Assembly: GCF_008065095.1 (NCBI RefSeq)
Contig: NZ_CP042911.1
Coordinates: 7,380,001 to 7,412,000 of the forward strand
DNA from: Gemmata obscuriglobus
GTDB lineage: Bacteria > Planctomycetota > Planctomycetia > Gemmatales > Gemmataceae
Direction of reading: 5' to 3'
DNA length: 32,000 nucleotides
Notes under the pieces: model-generated
The model's input: only the letters and a program-made list of their open reading frames with translations
Databases searched by the model: none
What the model was told of the DNA's origin: nothing
Made by a program: the position numbers and the translations under genes
In this document: positions 13,801 through 19,634 of the stretch, in pieces
How the letters are laid out: each line of letters starts with the position of its first letter
Numbering within the stretch: the first letter of the stretch is position 1

Positions 13801-16144
13801 CGGGGACGCTCAGCGCGATGTCGTTGTCGATCGTGGTGGCGCCGGTGACGGAGAGGCCGCCGCCGTTAAGGGTCAGCGTACCGGCGACCAGATTGGCATC
13901 GTCGGCGACTGACACCGTCCCCCCGGAAATCGTCAGGCCGAGCGTGTAGGTGTTGGGTCCCGAAACGACCACACCCGCCGCGGCGTTGCCGCTGTTCGAG
14001 AGCGTCAGCGTGCCGATGCCGGCCTTAACGACCGTGCGGTTAGCGGCGACGCTACTGTCCAGCGACACCAGGCCCGACAGGGTAACGACATCGGCCACAC
14101 TAATGCTGTTGGTGCCCGTGCCGCGCACGACAACGGCCGTTGCGAAGGTGCCGGCGCCGGTGAGCCTCAGGGTGGGCGAGCTGTTGTTCAGGGTGACGCC
14201 CGAGGTGGCCAGGGTAGTGGTGGCCGCCAGTTCGAACGTGCCGCCGTTCAGCGTGGTGGCCCCGGTGTAGGTGGCGTTGCTGCCGACCACCAGCGTGCCC
14301 GAGCCCGACTTGTTTAGCCCACGGCTGCCGCCGGTCTCGCTGATCACCCCGGTCAAGGTCGCGGTGACCCCGCTGGCCACATTGATGACTGCCGGCGCGG
14401 CGTTGAGGATGATGTTGTTGTCGACGATTGCCGTCTGGTTAATGCTCAGAAATCCATTAGTACCTAGTATAACATCCCCGCTGCCCAGGTTGCTGTCGGC
14501 ACTGATGTTGACCGTGCCACCCGCGAAAGACGAGGTGCCGGTGTAGGTGTTGGCGCCCGACAGGGTGAGCGTGCCGGTCCCGGTCTTGGCCAAGTTGCCC
14601 GTGCCGGAGATCACGCCGGACAGGGTGACGGCAGTTGTGTTGCTGACGGTGGCGGCGCCGGTCAGGGCGATGTCGTTGTCGAGCGTGGTGGCGCCAGTGA
14701 CCGCCAACGTGGTGCCGGCAGCCAGGGTGACCGCGCCGGTGCCGAGGTTGGTGTCGTCGGCCACGCTCAGCGTCCCGGCCGACACGGTGGTGGTGCCGTA
14801 GGTGTTCGTGCCGCCCAGCACGACCGCTCCGGTGCCCTGGTTCGAGACCGTCAGGTTGCCGTTGCTCACCGGACCCGAAAACGTGAGGTCCGCAGTGATG
14901 CTGTCGTTGACGGTGCGGGTGCCGCCCGTGAGGTCCACCGCACCGGTGAACGTCAGAGCGGCCGCCCCCGACATCGTAAACATGCCGCCGAGCGAGAGTG
15001 CGTTCGCAATCGTCCGCGCGGTCCCGCCCGCGGCCCGAACCTTCCCGCCGTTGATCGCCAGTGTGCCCGAACCGAATGCCGCGTCGTCCCCGAACTGCAA
15101 GATGCCGTTGTTCAGCGTCACGGTGCCGCTGTAGGTGCCGCCGTTGGCCACGGGGATCGAGAGCACGTTGCCGGAAATGGTGCTGTTCACGGTCAGCCCG
15201 GCGGACCCCGTCAGGGTGCCGTTGAGGGTAATAGACCCGTTCGACAGGTCGACGGTGGCGCCGCCGCTGCCGACCGACACCGCGACGGAGGTGCTCAGGG
15301 CCGTGGCGACTGCCGAGAGCGTCCCGCCGTCGAGTGTGAGCAGCGAGGTGGCGCCGAGCGCGTTCACGGCGAGTTTGCCGCCGGAAACGGTGGTGGTACC
15401 GCTGTAAGTGTTAGTGCCCGACAGGGTCAGGGTGCCGGTGCCGGTTTTGACCAGCCCGCCCGTGTCGCTGACGGCCCCGCTGAACGTGGTACTGGTGTTG
15501 TTGCTCCCGGCGGTCAGAGTGAACGTGCTCAACGTTACGTTCCCGGCCCCGGCCAGGGAGCCGATGGTCTCGCTCGCGCTCAGCGCCAGGGTCGCGCCGG
15601 CACCGACGGTCACGGCGCTCGTGTCCGCCAGGGCCGCGCCGCCGGCGAGTTGCAGCGTGCCGGAGGACACGGTGGTAGCGCCGGTAAACGCGTTCGTCCC
15701 GGAGAGGATCAACGTCCCCGCGCCGGATTTCGTCAGCGTCGCCCCGGTTCCCGTGAGGGACAGTGCGATGGTGTTCGTGCCCGAGGCGGTCGTGTCGATC
15801 AGCCCGGAGGTCAGGCCGAGCGCGTTACCGGAAATCGTGTAGCCCTGGCCGGTGAAGGTGACCTGGTTGATAATCAGCCCGGCAATGTCGTTGGTGTTAC
15901 TCAGGTTGGCGGCGCCGGTCGTGAACACCAGGATGTCGTCGGCCGAGTCCGGCACTTCCGTGTTGCCCGACCCGTCGGCCCAGTTGCCGTGCGTGTTCCA
16001 GTTGGCGTCCACCACACCGAGCCAGGTGAGCGTGGTGGGGACCGTGCGGTCCTCCAGACGCGCCAGGTGCAGTTGTGCACGGGCGGCAGCAGCCGGGGCG
16101 GGGAGTTTCTGGAAGCGGCGGAGGAGAGCGGGCAGCAGCGTCAC
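10871..16144 (-). CDS. Giant secreted or surface protein: autotransporter-associated beta-strand repeats, a Calx-beta domain and an FG-GAP beta-propeller
   Basis: 1757 aa with a GTG start and GAGG 8 nt upstream. The N-terminus is [11 protein letters not shown]...[12 protein letters not shown]. About 1200 aa carry G(T/A)[16 protein letters not shown].GTL repeats. A passenger-end motif follows (SPGTLT...YDQ...[15 protein letters not shown]). The Calx-beta-like domain is [18 protein letters not shown]...[55 protein letters not shown]. At least five FG-GAP blades follow (GDVNGDGF(D/E)DI...HVKVFSG.DG). There is no C-terminal beta-barrel translocator. Confidence 0.92.
   Translation of the reverse strand: [1757 protein letters not shown]
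10880..11690 (-). repeat. Intragenic tandem coding repeats of 153-156 bp (FG-GAP blades)
   Basis: The motif aagctct/aagctgt recurs at 11061, 11214, 11370 and 11523, giving a period of 153-156 bp. Neighbouring units share long near-identical stretches, for example ...ggaccggaaccggtga(c/t)gatgtcgtcgaacccgtc(a/g)ccgttcacgtc. Confidence 0.85.
12590..13970 (-). repeat. Intragenic tandem coding repeats of about 260-285 bp (beta-strand repeat modules)
   Basis: The motif ggtgta(g/c)gtgttgg.gcc.gacagggt(c/g)agggtgcc recurs near 12590, 12850, 13125, 13405 and 13690. Dispersed copies lie near 14540 and 15400. At the protein level each unit is about 93 aa, ending in [19 protein letters not shown]. Confidence 0.85.
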
Positions 16145-16427
16145 GTGAGACCTCGCAACTCGAATGGAAACGTTCGCACCGGCTCATCGCCGCCGGAACG
16201 CAAAGGGAAAGACGGAGCGCACGGTCAGCGACTGAAGGGGCGCAACGCGGCCCGAGTTCCGGAACCCACTACGCTGCGATCCGCAACGACACGTTCGATT
16301 TTCCGTGACACACGCTGGTCACGTTGCGGCGAGTCAAATGTCGTGCCCGTCTCTGCGCATGCGCAGTGAGCCAGCGACATCACACGATTTGTGGCCGACG
16401 ATCCACGCAGACGATTGTGGTTCCGGA

Positions 16428-16640
16428 TGAATTACCATCTAGACTGAAAAACTAGAGCGGGCAAGCAAGATAGGCTATTTCGGCAGAAAAGAACTATGGA
16501 ACCGCATGGAAGCAGTCACAACCACGTGACGAGATCAGATACCGCCTGATATTATTGTCGACAGCGAAATCAACGGCGCAAGAAAAAACAAAATTATTAT
16601 CATACAAATAGTTTGTGTAATTAGGTCGGTGATATTGCCC
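16428..16640. other. AT-rich island in the 1.08-kb region between the giant gene and the SDR gene
   Basis: The stretch runs from attaccatctagactgaaaaactagag to agaaaaaacaaaattattatcatacaaatagtttgtgtaattagg. It lies 290-500 nt upstream of the giant gene start at 16144. No credible ORF overlaps it. Confidence 0.8.
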
Positions 16641-17225
16641 AGCCACTTACGCAAGCGGCACAAGTTTCAGGCACCAGCAGCACGACTCCGACTGGGCACG
16701 CCGTCAGCCGCCCCGCCCAGTCGGGTGACTAACCGCAACCTGCCACCCGGGTCCGACGACACTCCACGTCCGGCGCTAGTTCCATTTGCCCCACTACAAA
16801 CCCGAAGGTAACTCGGCCGCCACCGCGGCTACGAGCACCGCCGTTCGGTCGGCGCGAGGTGACGGTCGCGCCCTTCGGCCACGTTTACCCATTCCGGCAT
16901 CCGCCCTTGTCAGGCGAAGGCGCCGACTGCGAGCAGCGGTACAGTGACTTCTTAACTCCCCTTTCCAGTTCACTCGGGGGCTGAGCACAACAGTAGTCGT
17001 GGTACGGCCCGAGCCGTGCATACATGCAGTCGCTGAAGTCAGTGTGCAGCGGCGGTAGAATCCGAGAACGTCGCGCGTGATGTGTGCAACGGTCCGGGGT
17101 CCGAACACCCGGTCCGTTTCGGCGATACGTGCGGTCCTCGCGGGTTGTGTCCCGTTCAGTTCACGGACGTGTGTCCGCGCCTCTGGCTCGGCGCCCGCAC
17201 TGGCACTAGAGAAGGAAACCGACAC

Positions 17226-17978
17226 ATGGCAACCGATCGGGTCGCACTCGTTACCGGCAGTGGGGCGAAGCGGGTGGGGGCGGCCGTCGCCGAAGCGCTC
17301 GCCCGCCGCGGGTACGCGATCGCGGTTCACTACCGTAGTTCAGCGTCCGAAGCCGCGAGCACCGCGGCGCGACTCCGCGCCCACGGCGTCGAGGCGGACA
17401 CGTTCCCGGCCGACCTGACCGACGAGACGGCCGTTCGCGCGCTGGTCGGCGCGGTGCTCGCCCGGTTCGGGCGGATCGACGTGCTGGTCAACTGCGCCGC
17501 GGTGTGGGAGCCGAAGCCGCTGGAGGAGGTCACCGCCGCGGACGTGCGGTTCCACTTCGACGCGAACGCGCTGGGCACGTTCCTCATGTGCCAGCGGGTG
17601 GGGCTGGCGATGGTGAAGCAGCCCGAGGGCGGGTTGATCGTCAACGTGGGGGACTGGGCCGAGGTGCGCCCGTACCCGGGCTACGCGGCGTACTTCCCGA
17701 GCAAGGGGGCGGTGACCGCGACCACCCGGTGCCTGGCGGTCGAACTCGCACTCCGCAACCCGAACGTGCGGGTGAACGCGGTTCTCCCGGGTCCGGTGAT
17801 GCTACCGCCGGACCTGCCGGAAGAGGAGAAACGACAGGCGATCAACGCGACACTCGTGAAGCGCGAGGGCAAACCCGAAAACGTCGCACAGGCGGTGCTC
17901 TCGTTCGTCGATAACGACTTTGTGACTGGCGTGAGCCTGCCGGTGGACGGCGGGCGCACGGTCTACGCCCCGGAGTGA
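17226..17978 (+). CDS. Short-chain dehydrogenase/reductase (SDR), pteridine-reductase-like
   Basis: 250 aa from the ATG at 17226, with GAAGGAAA upstream. It has the cofactor motif VTGSGAKRVG, NCAA, and the catalytic Y-x3-K (YFPSK). The ORF-track start at 17082 would add 48 poorly coding-like residues. Confidence 0.88.
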   Translation: MATDRVALVTGSGAKRVGAAVAEALARRGYAIAVHYRSSASEAASTAARLRAHGVEADTFPADLTDETAVRALVGAVLARFGRIDVLVNCAAVWEPKPLEEVTAADVRFHFDANALGTFLMCQRVGLAMVKQPEGGLIVNVGDWAEVRPYPGYAAYFPSKGAVTATTRCLAVELALRNPNVRVNAVLPGPVMLPPDLPEEEKRQAINATLVKREGKPENVAQAVLSFVDNDFVTGVSLPVDGGRTVYAPE

Positions 17979-18000
17979 CCGCCCGCGGGCGGCGGGTCAC
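17975..18000. terminator. GC palindrome bridging the stop codons of two convergent genes
   Basis: The sequence gtgaCCGCCCGCGGGCGGcgggtcac has a perfect 14-bp palindromic core, ccgcccgcgggcgg, at 17979-17992. The SDR stop TGA is at 17976-17978. The DUF1501 stop (tca on the plus strand) is at 17997-17999. Confidence 0.5.
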
Positions 18001-19370
18001 GCCAGGATTTCGTTCACGACGCGGCCGTGAACGTCGGTAAGGCGGAAGTCCCGCCCGCTGTACCGGTACGTGAGCTTCTCGTGGTCCAACCCGAGCAGGT
18101 GCAGGACGGTGGCGTGCAGGTCGTGAACCGAGACGCGGCCGTCCGCGGCCTTGAACCCGAACTCGTCGGTCGAGCCGTAGGCGAACCCGCTCTTCACCCC
18201 GCCGCCCGCCATCCACACGGTGAACCCGTAGTGATTGTGGTCGCGGCCGTCGCCGTTCTCGGACACCGGGGTGCGGCCGAACTCGCCGCCCCAGATCACC
18301 AGCGTGTCGTCGAGCAGCCCGCGCTGCCGCAGGTCCTTGAGCAGCGCGGCGATCGGCCGATCGATCTCCGCGCACTTCTTCTTCAGTTCGGCGTTAATGT
18401 TGCCGTGATGGTCCCAGCCGCCGAGGGACAGTTGAACGAACCGAACGCCGCGCTCCACCAGCCGCCGAGCCAGGAGACACCCGCGGGCGAACTCGCCGGT
18501 GCCGTAGGACTCGCGCACCCGGGCGGACTCGCGGCGCACGTCGAACGCCTCGCCCGCGGCGGACTGCATCCGAAACGCCGTCTCCAGCGCCCGCACCCGG
18601 GCCTCCAGTTGCGGGTCGTGGCCGTTCGCCTCCGCGTGCCCGCGGTTGAGCGCCTGGAGCGCGTCCAGTTGCCGCTTCTGGTCCTCGAGCCCGACGGCCG
18701 GGTTGCGCAGGTGCCGGATCATCTTCTCGGGGTCGTTCTCGGCGGCGGACACGCGGGTCGCTTGGAACTGCCCCGGGAGGTACCCGCTGCGCTCGAACCC
18801 GGTCTGGCCGAACCCGGAGCCGAGCGACACGAACCCGGGCAGGTCCGCGTTCTCGGAGCCCAGGCCGTACGAAACCCAGGCCCCGACGCCGGGGTGAACC
18901 GCGTCGATCCGGCCGGTGGCGAGGAAGTTCGCGGCCGGGGAGTGGTTCGGGTTGGTGCCGTGGACCGCGCGCAGCACGCACAGCTCGTCGGCGCACGCGC
19001 GGACGTTCGGCAGCAGGTCGCTGACCGGCAGCCCGGACCGCCCGCCGGGCCGGAACTTGAACGGCGACGGCATCAGCCCGCCGGTGACGCGCTCGGTCCG
19101 GAGGTCGGCCGCGGGCGGGCGCTTCCCGGCGAACGTGTCCAGCACCGGCTTCGGGTCGAACATGTCGAGGTGGCTCGGCCCCCCGGCCATGAACAGGAAG
19201 ATGACCCGCTTCGCCTTCGGCGCGTGATGTGTCTTGCCCAGCGTGGGCCCCGCGAGCCCGTCGGCCCGGAGGTAGCTCGACAGCCCGAGCAGCCCGACGC
19301 TGCCGCCGAGTTCGCGGAGGAACCGGCGCCGGGTCGGGGCGAACGTGTCGGCGGGGTCGGGGAAGGTCAT
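17997..19370 (-). CDS. DUF1501 domain protein (sulfatase-fold, Tat signal)
   Basis: 457 aa. It has a twin-arginine leader (TRRRFLRELGGSVGLLG). The hallmark DUF1501 stretches are VIFLFMAGGPSHLDMFDPKP, GWDHH and VIWGGEFGRTP. Confidence 0.92.
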   Translation of the reverse strand: MTFPDPADTFAPTRRRFLRELGGSVGLLGLSSYLRADGLAGPTLGKTHHAPKAKRVIFLFMAGGPSHLDMFDPKPVLDTFAGKRPPAADLRTERVTGGLMPSPFKFRPGGRSGLPVSDLLPNVRACADELCVLRAVHGTNPNHSPAANFLATGRIDAVHPGVGAWVSYGLGSENADLPGFVSLGSGFGQTGFERSGYLPGQFQATRVSAAENDPEKMIRHLRNPAVGLEDQKRQLDALQALNRGHAEANGHDPQLEARVRALETAFRMQSAAGEAFDVRRESARVRESYGTGEFARGCLLARRLVERGVRFVQLSLGGWDHHGNINAELKKKCAEIDRPIAALLKDLRQRGLLDDTLVIWGGEFGRTPVSENGDGRDHNHYGFTVWMAGGGVKSGFAYGSTDEFGFKAADGRVSVHDLHATVLHLLGLDHEKLTYRYSGRDFRLTDVHGRVVNEILA

Positions 19371-19477
19371 GATTCGCCTCGCGCTTCTCGATCCGCACCG
19401 GTCGCGTATCGCGGTGTGTCAGTTCCCGGGGGCAACAGATTTCGCAGGCGGGGCGGGCTGTTACGCGAAGCATTTTC

Positions 19478-19573
19478 TGACAAGATCAACAGAATGAAAC
19501 ATTATTGAACATACAAATGTTAATAAATTCGCCTGATATCTTTAAAATCCTGTCTATCCTGTTGATCCTGTCA
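19478..19573. promoter_or_regulatory. Inverted arrays of 9-bp-phased heptamers flanking an AT-rich core, upstream of the DUF1501 gene
   Basis: The left arm tgacaagatcaacagaat (19478-19495) matches the reverse complement of atcctgttgatcctgtca (19556-19573) at 16 of 18 positions. The right side carries three direct ATCCTGT heptamers at 19547, 19556 and 19565. About 60 bp of AT-rich DNA separates the arms. Confidence 0.6.
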
Positions 19574-19634
19574 AAAACTCTTCCGCCCTTATGCCTCGTG
19601 AACCACCTTTACCGTTGGCAGCCGCGGCCCGCGC

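Noticed and set aside
10880-15700. I checked whether the periodic repeats might represent a CRISPR array or a satellite.
   Set aside because: The repeats are in frame inside a single continuous ORF with clear protein-domain periodicity (FG-GAP and beta-strand repeats). There is no repeat-spacer organisation.
12156-15842. A chain of back-to-back plus-strand ORFs lies inside the giant gene. Several begin MLAPDRVRVPVP.
   Set aside because: They are the antisense reading of the beta-strand repeat modules. Their regular boundaries arise because the reverse complement of the NTYTG codons creates a TAG. They are Pro/Val-rich with no independent support.
16975-17120. I considered whether GGGGCTGAGC... 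at about 16976 is a tmRNA 5' end, with ccggggtccgaacacccgg as a T-arm.
   Set aside because: The supposed T-loop has 9 nt and a non-canonical sequence. No complementary 3' acceptor strand (cagcccc plus ACCA) exists within a plausible distance. The region downstream is the SDR coding sequence.
16629-17330. The ORFs 16629-16811 (+) and 16794-17330 (-) lie in the long intergenic region.
   Set aside because: They are motif-free, and the second overlaps the well-supported SDR start. They are likely chance ORFs.
16543-19539. The 16.5-kb and 19.5-kb AT islands share the short strings cgcctgatat and catacaaat, which I considered as evidence for a common element.
   Set aside because: The order and spacing of the two strings differ between the islands. 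Matches of 9-10 nt between two roughly 200-bp AT-biased windows can occur by chance. They are mentioned in a finding but not treated as a repeat family.
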